Assembly (NCBI GenBank): GCA_036170235.1
Contig: JAVHOW010000016.1
Span: 5,511 to 69,510 of the forward strand
Direction: 5' to 3'
Source: Minisyncoccota bacterium
GTDB lineage: Bacteria > Patescibacteriota > Minisyncoccia > Phycocordibacterales > PALSA-1337
Length of the DNA stretch: 64,000 nucleotides
Position numbers and translations under genes: made by a program. The notes below the pieces were generated by a model. It did no database searches and was not told where the DNA came from. It worked only from the letters and a program-made list of their open reading frames with translations. Below are positions 9,675-19,950 of the stretch, piece after piece; position 1 is the stretch's first letter, and every line of letters begins with the position of its first letter.

Positions 9675-9908
9675 ATGTCTGAAATCTTCAAAAATTCACC
9701 CACTTTTCGATTGTTTAAAAGAGAACCTTCATTTGCTGGGGGTGTTTCTAGTGTGCTTGATTTGGGTGCAACATTACAACAATATAATAATTCTGCTACT
9801 GGAAATGAGGCTGATTGTGATGCACTCAAAAGTGATTGGCAAGCTGTTGGAAATGATCTAAATAATTCTATAAAAATGTATGAACAGGAACTTACAAAAT
9901 CAATATAA
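9675..9908 (+). CDS. Small hypothetical protein upstream of DUF2335
   Basis: F..G..SVLDL.G ... D..AL.SDW..VG.DL pattern; overlaps next ORF. Confidence 0.6.
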   Translation: MSEIFKNSPTFRLFKREPSFAGGVSSVLDLGATLQQYNNSATGNEADCDALKSDWQAVGNDLNNSIKMYEQELTKSI

Positions 9909-10272
9909 TCGTAATCCTGTAGTTATACAACAACAGTCGGTAGAGTCATTTTCTGGCCCTCTCCCTCATCCTGATGTTTTGAGGAAATTTAATGAAGTGG
10001 TTCCTGGTTCAGCAGAAAGAATCATTAAGATGGCGGAAGAACAATCAGCGCATAGAAAAGAACTTGAACAAAAAGTTATTACTTCTGATATTTCTAGATC
10101 AAAATGGGGTCAAATACTTGGTTTCATTATTGCCATTGCAGGATTGATCGTTTCGGCTTTAGTGGCTATATATGGTAGCGCAATTGCGGGCGGTATAATT
10201 GGAGTCGGTACACTCGCGTCTCTAGTTAGTGTGTTTATGTCTGGATCGAAGGCAAGAAAGGATAACAAGTAA
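9880..10272 (+). CDS. DUF2335 membrane protein
   Basis: FSGPLPHP..L..F....PGSAERII.MAE.Q..HR + two TM helices. Confidence 0.85.
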   Translation: MNRNLQNQYNRNPVVIQQQSVESFSGPLPHPDVLRKFNEVVPGSAERIIKMAEEQSAHRKELEQKVITSDISRSKWGQILGFIIAIAGLIVSALVAIYGSAIAGGIIGVGTLASLVSVFMSGSKARKDNK

Positions 10273-10570
10273 TGTGTAGATTTACAAAGATGTACAATGA
10301 TTTTTTGAAAAAGAATTAGTTTAATATCAGAGATATATGATTTAACTCATAATAAATCTGTTGCATTTCATCCTGTTTTCAATAATGGTGATGATATAAA
10401 CATTTATTAGAATTATATAAAGAGATATCAAAATGCCCTTGAAGCAAATTTTAAATAATATGAAATAAAACCATTCTTACTCAATTTTTGTAACTAATAT
10501 CAAACATCATCCTATATTAAATTTGTCGCGACACCACTTAGCAGAACAAAAAATATGCTAATATTCACCC

Positions 10571-11131
10571 ATGTCCATCAACATCATCTATCTCGCCGAA
10601 GAATTTGCTCGCAAGGCTCACCTGTCTGATCATGTGGGTAAAACAATCAATGGAATAAAAAGAATGCGAGTTGTGCATTTGCAGGAAGTGGCTGATCTGG
10701 TTTGGGCCTCTGGAGGAAGCGATAATGAAATAGCGGCGGCTTGGCTTCACGATTCGGTCGAAGACACGTCGGTTACTTTGGATGACATCAGAAAAAATTT
10801 TGGTGAAGAAATTGCGAGGATAGTTGAAGGATTGACTGACTTGGAAGAATTTAACGATTTACCTTTACAAGAGCGCAAGAGGAAACAAGCAGAACGAGTA
10901 AAATCAGAAAGTTTGAGTGTTCGTAGGGTCAAAATGGCTGACCAGACTTCTAATGTTAGGCTTGTGTCAACTGAACCGTTTCTTGATTGGCCAGCTGAAA
11001 ATAATCCTACATACATTGCTGGTGCGAAGCTCATAGCGGATGCATGCAAAGGTGTGAGTCCGATACTTGATGATTTGTTTGCGAAAGAATATAGAAAAGG
11101 AGCGGAGCGGTATGGTTTGAAGATGAGGTAA
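10571..11131 (+). CDS. Stand-alone HD hydrolase (Mesh1/small alarmone hydrolase-like)
   Basis: A..AH, HL.EVA, AAWLHDSVEDT, VKMAD..SN. Confidence 0.85.
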   Translation: MSINIIYLAEEFARKAHLSDHVGKTINGIKRMRVVHLQEVADLVWASGGSDNEIAAAWLHDSVEDTSVTLDDIRKNFGEEIARIVEGLTDLEEFNDLPLQERKRKQAERVKSESLSVRRVKMADQTSNVRLVSTEPFLDWPAENNPTYIAGAKLIADACKGVSPILDDLFAKEYRKGAERYGLKMR

Positions 11132-11306
11132 TCAACAAATTATACTTACAACACAAAAAAACACACTTGAGAACTTGTGCGATAAGATTTTTTTGCTATA
11201 CTTACAGCATTCAGAATGTAAGTTTTTCTCGGTTCACAAGACTTAAATACAAAAATAGATAGTTTCTACAATTCAATAATCCAGTGACGCATAAGTCACT
11301 GTACTA

Positions 11307-11655
11307 GTTCGCTGATTGATTCAGGAAGTGGCTGAAATATTTCCCGTGAACAAGGAAGTAAGGCATGTCTCGAAAGGCGAAAGGGCCGAGTAGGGCATTC
11401 TTGAGGCAAAATATCTACAGAGGTATTGTTCACAAGCGGGTGCAGATAAACTGAGTCACCCCGTATCTGTAAAAACGTACAGAAACAACTCCGCGGTCTG
11501 CTTCTGTACGTGGATATGTCGGACAAGTGGCGTCGGTTGGTCGCCAGTCCATGAGATCTAAGGTAGGCCTTGGAGATCATCAAAAATAAAAGCTGAAGCA
11601 ACCCCTCAAGTGCGAGTGAACCCAAAATCTCGCCTTCCTGAATCAGTTAGGGAAC
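11307..11655 (+). ncRNA. Large structured ncRNA, raiA-motif-like candidate
   Basis: 17-bp closing helix 11312-11328/11634-11650 with two G-U pairs, several internal helices, crossing pair CTTGAGG/CCTCAAG; GC-richer than flanks. Confidence 0.75.
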
Positions 11656-11693
11656 ATTTGATCTTATTAGGATTGTTAATTTATATACTTACC

Positions 11694-12215
11694 ATGAATA
11701 CAGAAAATAAAAACAATATTGTGATTTATGAATCAGAGGATGGTAAAGTAGAGTTACAAGCGGATATAAAGAAAGATACGATTTGGGCGACTCAATTACA
11801 GATTGCTCAATTGTTTGAGACTACTTTACAAAACATTAATGCACACCTTATTAAAATATATAACGATGGTGAATTAGATAAAAATCCAACTATCAAGAAA
11901 TCCTTGATAGTTCGAAAAGAAGGTGGTAGAGCCGTGAAAAGGGAAATTGAGCTGTACAATCTCGATGCTATTATCGCCGTAGGCTACCGCGTCAATTCCA
12001 AAAAAGCCACCCAATTTCGCATCTGGGCGACCAGTGTCTTACATAAGTATTTAGTCGAAGGTTTTAGCTTAAATAAAAATCGTCTAGAAAAGTCACCAGA
12101 AAAACTGGTCGGTCTTTATAAAACCATCGCATTTCTTGAGTCAAAAAGTCTTAATGGAAAGCTCAAAGGAAAAATTACTCTTAAATTAACTGAAGAAATG
12201 GAACCAAATGAATAG
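11694..12215 (+). CDS. RhuM-family protein (N-terminal domain only)
   Basis: TIWATQ.QIA.LF, YNLDAIIAVGYRVNS..ATQFR.WAT..L. Confidence 0.88.
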   Translation: MNTENKNNIVIYESEDGKVELQADIKKDTIWATQLQIAQLFETTLQNINAHLIKIYNDGELDKNPTIKKSLIVRKEGGRAVKREIELYNLDAIIAVGYRVNSKKATQFRIWATSVLHKYLVEGFSLNKNRLEKSPEKLVGLYKTIAFLESKSLNGKLKGKITLKLTEEMEPNE

Positions 12216-12355
12216 TGATATGGCAAATTAAGTTGTAAAGAATTTCTTTACAACTCCTACAGAAAATCCCCAACTAACAAGTAATCCTTGCAAGTTCAAC
12301 TAGTAAAGATTCCTTACTAGTTCAAAATCAGTCCAAATCGCGCTATACTACCATT

Positions 12356-13114
12356 ATGTTACAAACCATTATCATAATCGTCGTCATTCTCCTTGCATTA
12401 TCACTAAAAGTCGTTAAGGAATATGATCGCGGTGTTATTTTCTTTCTAGGAAAGTGTACGGGGGTTCGAGGGCCGGGACTTATTATTCTGATCCCTATTT
12501 TGGAGCGCATGACCAAGGTTACTTTGCGCACCATCACTATGAATATTCCGTCGCAGAAGATTATTACCAAAGATAACGTTTCCATCGATATTGCCGCTGT
12601 GGCTTATTATCACATCGTTGATCCGCAGAAGTCAGTGGTTGCTATTGAAAATGTTTATGATGCAGTCAATCAGATTAGTCAGACAACTGTCAGAAATGTT
12701 GTTGGAAGATTTTCACTTGACCAACTCTTGTCACAGACGAGTGATATCAATGTGCAAATAAAAGATGTTATCGATAATCATACTGAGCCATGGGGTGCGC
12801 AAGTAACTGCTGTTGAAATTAAAGATATTGTTCTCCCAGATAATATGCAACGTGCTATGGCCAAAGAAGCTGAAGCAGAACGTGAACGTCGTGCAAAAAT
12901 CGTCGCAGCAGAAGGTGAATTCCAGGCGGCAGTAAAACTTGGTGAAGCAGCCGATATTATTTCTGCTCATCCCGTAGCATTGCAACTTCGCACACTCCAA
13001 ACTATGGCAGAAATTTCAGTTGAGAAAAATTCAACTATTATTTTCCCAGCGCAGTTCATGACGACAGTGCAGGAGGCGATCGCGACGATAAGGGGGGATT
13101 CGAAAAATAAATAG
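12356..13114 (+). CDS. SPFH/stomatin-like (slipin) protein
   Basis: [35 protein letters not shown]. Confidence 0.93.
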   Translation: MLQTIIIIVVILLALSLKVVKEYDRGVIFFLGKCTGVRGPGLIILIPILERMTKVTLRTITMNIPSQKIITKDNVSIDIAAVAYYHIVDPQKSVVAIENVYDAVNQISQTTVRNVVGRFSLDQLLSQTSDINVQIKDVIDNHTEPWGAQVTAVEIKDIVLPDNMQRAMAKEAEAERERRAKIVAAEGEFQAAVKLGEAADIISAHPVALQLRTLQTMAEISVEKNSTIIFPAQFMTTVQEAIATIRGDSKNK

Positions 13115-13165
13115 TAGGAAGAACAGATTTGTATTTGCATATAAATTTCATGGTACAATACACCA

Positions 13166-13948
13166 ATGCCTATAGCTCCAAAAAAAGAAAAAATACTCGT
13201 TATTGAAGGTGATGCGGCATTTGGTCAGCGTATTGTTGACGCCTTGAAAAATGAAGGATACATTGCCACGCTAGTCACTGATGGCACTGCAGGATTGAAA
13301 GCCATATATGACACATTGCCACACCTTATTCTTGTTGACGTTGTTCTTAGTAGAACTGATGGTTATGATGTTATAGCAAAGAAACACACTGAACCGCTTC
13401 TGACAAAAATTCCAGTGTTCTTGATTTCTACTCGAGGAGTGCCTATCAATATGGCTCGCGTGCCACAGGGCGCTGTTAAAGAATACATTCTCGATCTTCA
13501 TGCGGATACCGCGGAGATCATCAAACGCATAAATAATTTATTCAATTATTCTAACAGTTCAGAAACTTCCGAACCAAAAAATAAAAAGAAAGTCGTTTGG
13601 GTAGAGGACGATAAACTCATTGGTACGATTCTAGCCAAAAAGCTAACATCTTCCGGGTTTGAACTTTTTCACGCGAAAAATGGCGATGAAGCTCTGAAAT
13701 ATTTAGCCAATAATGTTCCAGACGCTATCGTCTTGGATCTCATTATGCCCGGCATTGGAGGTCTTGATATTCTACAAAAAATAAAATCTGATCCTCGTCT
13801 CAAAGATGTTCCAGCCATGATTCTTTCTAATATCAATAAACAAGAAGATGTTGATCGTGCGAAAATACTTGGTGCAAAGAAATTTTTGGTCAAAGCGGCC
13901 GCTTCGCTTGATCAGATTGTTGCGGAGGTTTGTGATTTGTGCAAATAG
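13166..13948 (+). CDS. Response regulator with two receiver domains and no output domain
   Basis: ILVIEGD...ILVD and VWVEDD...VLDLIMP...K. Confidence 0.85.
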   Translation: MPIAPKKEKILVIEGDAAFGQRIVDALKNEGYIATLVTDGTAGLKAIYDTLPHLILVDVVLSRTDGYDVIAKKHTEPLLTKIPVFLISTRGVPINMARVPQGAVKEYILDLHADTAEIIKRINNLFNYSNSSETSEPKNKKKVVWVEDDKLIGTILAKKLTSSGFELFHAKNGDEALKYLANNVPDAIVLDLIMPGIGGLDILQKIKSDPRLKDVPAMILSNINKQEDVDRAKILGAKKFLVKAAASLDQIVAEVCDLCK

Positions 13949-14011
13949 GTAACCCTTCACATGCGCAAAGCCCTTGCTTTTAGGGGTTTTTTGTGATACG
14001 ATCGCCAAATT

Positions 14012-16756
14012 ATGTCAGCTATGCGTAAACATAGTCCGGGAACTGGCGAAGAAAAGATCGTTGTGAAGGGCGCGCGGACGCACAACCTCAAGAATATTAC
14101 CGTCGAGATGCCGCGCAACACGATGATCGCCATTACAGGACTGTCTGGTTCTGGAAAATCTTCGTTGGCATTCGATACTATATTTGCCGAAGGGCAACGC
14201 AGGTACGTTGAATCTCTTTCCGCGTATGCACGTCAATTTTTGCACAAAATGCAGAAGCCTGATGTTGATGAGATTTCTGGGCTTTCGCCAGCTATTTCGA
14301 TTGATCAAAAATCACGCTCTAATAATCCACGTTCAACAGTCGCGACAATAACGGAAATTTATGACTATCTACGTATTCTTTTTGCGCGTGTTGGAAAACC
14401 ACATTGTCTGACTTGTGGACGCATCATTCATCGTATTTCTCAAGAAGAAATCTTAAATACTATTTTGCAGACAGTTACTACTCGCGCTACTCAAGCTAAA
14501 AAAGTTTATGGCGTGAATATCAGTGATGCCAAAATTCGTGTTTACGCGCCAGTCGTGGTTGGTCGTAAAGGTGAATACTATCAGATGCTTTATGATTTGC
14601 TTGGTAAAGGTTATGACCGTGTCAGAATTGATGGAAAAATTCAACGCTTGCGTGATCAGATTATTTTAGAGAAAAATAAAAAGCACGATATTGACGTGCT
14701 AGTTGATGAGATTTTCGTTTCTGAATTCAAAGATGCCAAGCAGTCTGGTAATGCGCGTGAGCGTCTGTCGGAGTCCATTGAACGAGCTGTGCATGAGGCG
14801 GAGGGACTGATAAGGATTGAGTATCCGTGGGCGACGGCGACTGGAGTGGGGGGAGGACATGCTCTCGAGACGACTTTCGGACCGAGCGAAGGCGAGGGAG
14901 AAGGAGGCGCCGGCCGAGCACGGACGGACGCCGTTCGTCGAGGGAGCAAGTCCTCCCCCCACTCTGAAGTTGCCAACGTCAACGAAACCCTAATGTCCGT
15001 AAAATTCATGTGTCCATACGACGGTTTTTCATATCCAGAAATTGAGCCACGATTATTTTCATTCAATTCTCCATATGGCGCTTGTGCCGCTTGCAACGGT
15101 CTTGGTACTGAAGGATTATTCGCCGAAACAGTTTGCAAGGTCTGTAACGGTGTTCGTCTGCGTGATGAAGCTTTGCACGTGAAGATTGATGGCAAAAATA
15201 TCGTTAATACCACCTCATTATCTATTGAAAAAGCCATTAAATATTTTAATGAAATAAAATTAACCGACGCTGAAAAAGAAATTTCCAAAGTTGTATTAAA
15301 GGAAATTCAAGCGCGCCTCTCGTTTATGGTAAATGTCGGTATTGAATATCTGACTCTAGACCGCCGTGCCAACACGCTTTCTGGTGGTGAAGCACAGCGC
15401 ATTCGTCTAGCTTCGCAATTGGGATCTGGACTTGTTGGCGCGCTCTATGTGCTCGATGAACCAACTATCGGTTTACATCAACATGACAATGATCGCTTGA
15501 TTCAGACACTTCTTCGTCTACGCGATCTCGGCAACACTATTATCGTTGTTGAACATGATGAAGATACGATGTTCGCTTCTGATTACATTATTGATATTGG
15601 TCCTGGCGCTGGCGTGCATGGTGGAGAAGTAGTTGTATCTGGATATTTGGATGATTTACTTATGGCAAAAAAGAATACCTCAGGTTCACTCACTCTCGCG
15701 TATTTGCGTGGTGAGGAAAAAATTGAGATACCAAAAACTCGTCGTGAACCAAAAGGTAAAATCATGGTTCGAGGTGGAAATGTATTCAATATTAAAAATA
15801 TGGATGTTGACATACCTTTGGGTTGTTTGAATGTTATCACCGGTGTTTCTGGTTCAGGAAAGTCATCATTGATGTATGAAATTTTGCATAGAAATTTAGC
15901 GGCTCGTTTCGAAATGCGCCATCGCAGTAATGAAACAATCAATTGCAAAGAATTCAAAGGCTCTGAATATGTTGGTCGCGTGATTTTGATAGACCAATCT
16001 CCGATCGGTCGGACGCCACGATCCAATCCCGCTACTTACACGGGAGCATGGACTCACGTTCGCGACCTGTTCGCCTCAGAACCAGAATCACGTGCCCGCG
16101 GTTGGGGAGCGGGCAGATTTTCATTCAATCGCCCCGGCGGTCGCTGTGAGGCATGCGAAGGTAATGGTGAGATTGCCGTGGAGATGCACTTTTTGCCAAC
16201 AGTTTATGTTCTTTGTGATGTTTGTAATGGCAAGCGTTTTACCAAAGAAACTCTCGAGATAAAATTTCGCAAGAAAAATATTCATGAAGTGCTGGAACTG
16301 ACGATTGAAGAGGCGATTGAATTTTTCAAAGATATTCCAGCGGTTGAAGATCGTCTGCAAAGTATGATGGATGTTGGTTTGGGTTATGTAAAATTGGGAC
16401 AATCTGCAACAACTTTATCTGGTGGTGAAGCGCAACGCGTGAAGATTTCCTCGGAGTTATATCGCGCGCATTTGCAGAAAACGATTTATTTGCTTGATGA
16501 GCCGACAGTTGGTCTTCACTATGAAGATGTAAAAAAATTGATTGATATTTTGCAAAAATTGGTGGATAAAGGGAATACGGTCGTGGTTATTGAACACAAC
16601 TTGGATCTCGTAAAAAATGCTGACTACGTTATCGATATTGGTCCAGATGGCGGTGAACGTGGTGGTAAAATCGTGGCGAAGGGGACTCCAGAGGATGTTG
16701 CCATGAGCAAGACGAGTTATACTGGAAAATATTTGAAGAAGATGTTGAGGAAGTAG
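14012..16756 (+). CDS. uvrA: Excinuclease ABC subunit A
   Basis: GLSGSGKSS, two LSGGEAQR, Zn fingers. Confidence 0.97.
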   Translation: MSAMRKHSPGTGEEKIVVKGARTHNLKNITVEMPRNTMIAITGLSGSGKSSLAFDTIFAEGQRRYVESLSAYARQFLHKMQKPDVDEISGLSPAISIDQKSRSNNPRSTVATITEIYDYLRILFARVGKPHCLTCGRIIHRISQEEILNTILQTVTTRATQAKKVYGVNISDAKIRVYAPVVVGRKGEYYQMLYDLLGKGYDRVRIDGKIQRLRDQIILEKNKKHDIDVLVDEIFVSEFKDAKQSGNARERLSESIERAVHEAEGLIRIEYPWATATGVGGGHALETTFGPSEGEGEGGAGRARTDAVRRGSKSSPHSEVANVNETLMSVKFMCPYDGFSYPEIEPRLFSFNSPYGACAACNGLGTEGLFAETVCKVCNGVRLRDEALHVKIDGKNIVNTTSLSIEKAIKYFNEIKLTDAEKEISKVVLKEIQARLSFMVNVGIEYLTLDRRANTLSGGEAQRIRLASQLGSGLVGALYVLDEPTIGLHQHDNDRLIQTLLRLRDLGNTIIVVEHDEDTMFASDYIIDIGPGAGVHGGEVVVSGYLDDLLMAKKNTSGSLTLAYLRGEEKIEIPKTRREPKGKIMVRGGNVFNIKNMDVDIPLGCLNVITGVSGSGKSSLMYEILHRNLAARFEMRHRSNETINCKEFKGSEYVGRVILIDQSPIGRTPRSNPATYTGAWTHVRDLFASEPESRARGWGAGRFSFNRPGGRCEACEGNGEIAVEMHFLPTVYVLCDVCNGKRFTKETLEIKFRKKNIHEVLELTIEEAIEFFKDIPAVEDRLQSMMDVGLGYVKLGQSATTLSGGEAQRVKISSELYRAHLQKTIYLLDEPTVGLHYEDVKKLIDILQKLVDKGNTVVVIEHNLDLVKNADYVIDIGPDGGERGGKIVAKGTPEDVAMSKTSYTGKYLKKMLRK
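14844..14964. mobile_element. 121-bp palindromic element in uvrA
   Basis: 20/21-bp inverted termini GAGTGGGGGGAGGAC(A/T)TGCTC; core homologous to the uvrB element. Confidence 0.85.
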
Positions 16757-16816
16757 GTTTTTGGTGGAAATAAAAAACCGGACGAAATTCGCCCAGTGTA
16801 AAAATTTCTCATTTAG

Positions 16817-17236
16817 TTAAATCACAACCGTCATCATGTTTGTTAAAGCAGAAAACAGGATTCGGATTAGTGAAATAATTAAAAGAAAGAACGAGATGAA
16901 TCCTGCCATGATGACAATGATTGTGCTGATAGTTTTTACTGGGAGCCAAATCTTCCATTTCTGATTTGGGCAACCAAGTTCTTCTTCGTAGTGGTTTATG
17001 AACCACACGATGCCTTTCAGTAAATTTCTTCCAACCAGAAATCCAAAGATCACAAGAACGATTTGCGCGGCAAGTGATTGGGCGATGCTGTAGGTCAAGA
17101 TGACCAAGAATGTGATGCTGAGGACCCACATACACAATCCTTTAAGTTGATCAGTCCGTCGGATAACTGGCGGGAATACGTGTTGATCTGGAGATTGACT
17201 TAGAATCTCACTGTTCCGGCTGAATAATTTTGCCAT
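16817..17236 (-). CDS. Hypothetical membrane protein
   Basis: 139-aa ORF with about three hydrophobic segments filling the intergenic gap. Confidence 0.5.
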   Translation of the reverse strand: MAKLFSRNSEILSQSPDQHVFPPVIRRTDQLKGLCMWVLSITFLVILTYSIAQSLAAQIVLVIFGFLVGRNLLKGIVWFINHYEEELGCPNQKWKIWLPVKTISTIIVIMAGFISFFLLIISLIRILFSALTNMMTVVI

Positions 17237-17299
17237 AATTCACCTCATAGTTATTGGTTTTTGTTGTGCGAATTCGTAAGATACTGTACTCTTCATCTT

Positions 17300-18562
17300 A
17301 TGATCAGTCAAGACCTAGCTAAAAATAAATTACCTGACAAACCTGGCGTTTATTTATTCCGCGACTATCGGGGTAGGCCGATCTATATTGGTCGGGCAAC
17401 TTCACTCAAAGATCGTGTAAAGAGTTATTTCTCCAATGACCTTATAGAAACTCGTGGTCCACGAATTGTGGATATGGTTACGAAATCGAAGAAGATAACA
17501 TGGAAAGAAACTGATTCTGTACTCGAAGCTATTATTCTTGAAAGCGTGCTCATCAAGCGTTATCAGCCACATTACAATGTCGATGAACGCGATGATAAAA
17601 GTTCGCAATATGTGGTTATAACCGATGAATTATGGCCGCGAGTATTTCTTGTTAGAGCTCGTGATTTTGACTTGGCTCACCGAAGCGGAGCGGAGGTGGC
17701 TCTTGGCTATAAAGTAAAAAAGTATTTTGGTCCATATCCGCACGGTGGATTGATCAAAGAAGCGCTTAAAATTCTTCGCAAATTATTTCCATTTAAAGAT
17801 AAGAAATCGTTTGACCAACGCCATGACGCGTTTTATCGTGCCATCGGTCGTTCACCGAAAGAAGATGATACCAATGCTCATAGACGCTATGTAAGGACGA
17901 TTGAAAACCTGATTTTATTTTTTGAAGGAAAGAAAGATCAGGTGCGAATGCGTATTGAAAAAGAGATGAGTGCATTTGCTCGCGCGTTAAAATTCGAATC
18001 AGCTGGACAATCAAAAAGACTTTTGTACGCGCTTGATCATATAAATGACATGGCGCTTATTAAACGAGAAAGTGAACGAAATGTTAGATCTGGTGGCTCA
18101 TTGAAGTCAGATTTTCGAATTGAAGCATATGATGTCGCGCATTTATCAGGAACTAATGTTGTTGGTGCCATGACGGTTTCAGTTAACAAAGAATTTGCGC
18201 TAGCTGAATATCGCAAGTTCAAAATTTCTCGACAAGTCAATGATGACCTTTCTGGACTCAAGGAAATCCTCAACCGTCGCCTCAATCATACAGAATGGGT
18301 ATATCCGGATTTTATTATTGTTGATGGAAACGAAACACACCTTTCGCATGCTGAATCAGTTCTTAAGGTTCGTCGAATTTCAATACCTATTATTGCGGTT
18401 ACAAAAGATGAACGGCATAAAGCGGCGCGATTTATTGGAAATCCAGATATTATTAAAAAATACAAAAAAGAAATAATTGCTTTGAATGCTGAAGCGCATC
18501 GTTTTGCTATAAAGTATCATCGGCAGAAAAGGGTTCGGTCATTCAGGGGCGGATTGGACTAA
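17300..18562 (+). CDS. uvrC: Excinuclease ABC subunit C, short form without C-terminal HhH
   Basis: LP.KPGVY, IYIGRA.SL..RV.SYF, RIEAYD.AH.SG, VDG, EAHRFAI.YHR. Confidence 0.88.
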   Translation: MISQDLAKNKLPDKPGVYLFRDYRGRPIYIGRATSLKDRVKSYFSNDLIETRGPRIVDMVTKSKKITWKETDSVLEAIILESVLIKRYQPHYNVDERDDKSSQYVVITDELWPRVFLVRARDFDLAHRSGAEVALGYKVKKYFGPYPHGGLIKEALKILRKLFPFKDKKSFDQRHDAFYRAIGRSPKEDDTNAHRRYVRTIENLILFFEGKKDQVRMRIEKEMSAFARALKFESAGQSKRLLYALDHINDMALIKRESERNVRSGGSLKSDFRIEAYDVAHLSGTNVVGAMTVSVNKEFALAEYRKFKISRQVNDDLSGLKEILNRRLNHTEWVYPDFIIVDGNETHLSHAESVLKVRRISIPIIAVTKDERHKAARFIGNPDIIKKYKKEIIALNAEAHRFAIKYHRQKRVRSFRGGLD

Positions 18563-18590
18563 AGGTTTTTATAGCATTATACTTGTATGA

Positions 18591-19574
18591 ATGAAACACC
18601 TTACTCGCGTTGGCGTGCTCCGTGGCGGTCCAAGTAATGAATATGAAATTTCGCTCAATTCTGGGGCGACGGTACTTTCGGCATTGCGTACGCATTTCGA
18701 GCCGCAATACGAGCCCCGAGATATTTTTATTGATCGACAAGGAACATGGCATATTGATGGCGTGGCTGTAAATCCAGAAAGTATGTCTTCGAAGATTGAC
18801 GTGGCTTTCAACGCACTGCATGGTTCGTATGGCGAAGATGGAAAGATTCAGGCATTTCTTGAGGCACACTGCATTCCATTTACTGGTTCTGGATCGCTCG
18901 GTTCGGCAGTTGGCATGAATAAAATCCTCGCAAAAAAAATCTGCGCTGACCACGGTATCAAGAGTCCATATTGGAAAGAAGTTTCATCAGATTCGGTTCG
19001 TGCTGATGTGGAAGCGGTTGCGCAGGAATTATTCACTACTTTTATTTTGCCAGCGGTTGTCAAACCGAATTCTAGCGGTTCGTCTGTTGGCGTTTCGATA
19101 GTTCACAATTTTGCAGAATTGGTCACAGCTTTAATGAGTGCCGCTCTTCATGACGAAACTATTCTTATAGAAGAATTTATTCCCGGCATTGAGACTACTT
19201 GTGGCGTAATCGAGGGATTTCGTGGTCATGAATTATACGCCTTGCCACCAGTTGAGATCCGTCCCCATAGCGGTTTTTTTGATTATTCAGCAAAGTATCA
19301 GGGAAAATCAGAGGAAATAGTTCCAGCGACATTTTCAGAATCAATAAAAAAGTCTTTAGAAGATTTGGCTGGGAAAATTCATCTCGCTCTCGGTTTGCGA
19401 CATTATTCGCGTTCGGATTTTATCATTCACCCACGCAGGGGAATATACATGCTTGAAGTTAATACTCTGCCAGGACTTACTTCGGAATCATTAGTTCCAA
19501 AATCATTACGCGCAGTTGGAAGCGATGTTCATGAGTTGGTCGGTCATTTGATCGGTTTGGCGATGAAGAAATGA
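18591..19574 (+). CDS. ddl: D-alanine--D-alanine ligase
   Basis: GGPS.E.EISL.SG, LHG.YGEDG, GSSVG, LEVNTLPG. Confidence 0.95.
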   Translation: MKHLTRVGVLRGGPSNEYEISLNSGATVLSALRTHFEPQYEPRDIFIDRQGTWHIDGVAVNPESMSSKIDVAFNALHGSYGEDGKIQAFLEAHCIPFTGSGSLGSAVGMNKILAKKICADHGIKSPYWKEVSSDSVRADVEAVAQELFTTFILPAVVKPNSSGSSVGVSIVHNFAELVTALMSAALHDETILIEEFIPGIETTCGVIEGFRGHELYALPPVEIRPHSGFFDYSAKYQGKSEEIVPATFSESIKKSLEDLAGKIHLALGLRHYSRSDFIIHPRRGIYMLEVNTLPGLTSESLVPKSLRAVGSDVHELVGHLIGLAMKK

Positions 19575-19703
19575 TAGGGAATTGAATAATCGGCGGTAAT
19601 CGTGTATGCTGTTTCGGTACCTTTAATAGGGAAATTAATAGGCCTGTAGCTGTCTCGGTAGTAATGCAGCAAGGTGGTTTAACTTATTGAAAATTTAATA
19701 CAC

Positions 19704-19776
19704 GGGCCCGTAGCTCAGTTGGTAGAGCAGTGCTTTTGCAAAGCAAAGGTCGGAGGTTCGATTCCTCTCGGGTCCA
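19704..19776 (+). tRNA. tRNA-Ala (UGC)
   Basis: GGGCCCG/CGGGTCC with G3:U70, TT-TGC-AA loop, GGTTCGATTCC. Confidence 0.93.
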
Positions 19777-19780
19777 CTGT

Positions 19781-19806
19781 TGATCTGTACCCCATAAAGT
19801 GGACAC
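19781..19806. mobile_element. Solo IS3-family-like terminal repeat remnant
   Basis: TGATCTGTACCCCATAAAGTGGACAC resembles IS3-family ends (TGA..TG..CC......GTGGACA); no transposase nearby. Confidence 0.5.
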
Positions 19807-19839
19807 AAGGTCCATGGTCGGTATTTTTGACAGTGAAAA

Positions 19840-19950
19840 TTGACAAGTTATGGGTATTTGATATTATGTAGAAACAGTTGGCTTCGGCCTTACCCCCGTA
19901 AGAGGGAGAATGTTGGAAAAGTCGTCAGAGCAAGTTTCTGGCGGCTTTTC
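19840..19950 (+). ncRNA. Candidate ~80-nt small RNA with own promoter and terminator-like hairpin
   Basis: TTGACA-16-TATTAT, cUUCGg and GUAA tetraloop hairpins, 14-bp hairpin 19916-19950. Confidence 0.4.

Noticed and set aside
10273-10540. AT-rich stretch with short open frames after DUF2335
   Set aside because: No frame long or recognisable enough to call a gene or pseudogene
11296-11625. 109-aa minus-strand ORF and upstream extension of the RhuM ORF
   Set aside because: Both overlap the structured RNA and lack recognisable motifs; RhuM has a better start at 11694
11307-11655. Calling the large RNA RNase P, tmRNA or a retron msr-msd
   Set aside because: No GAGGAAAGUCC or 3' GGCUUA P4 motifs on either strand, no tRNA-like end, and no reverse transcriptase nearby
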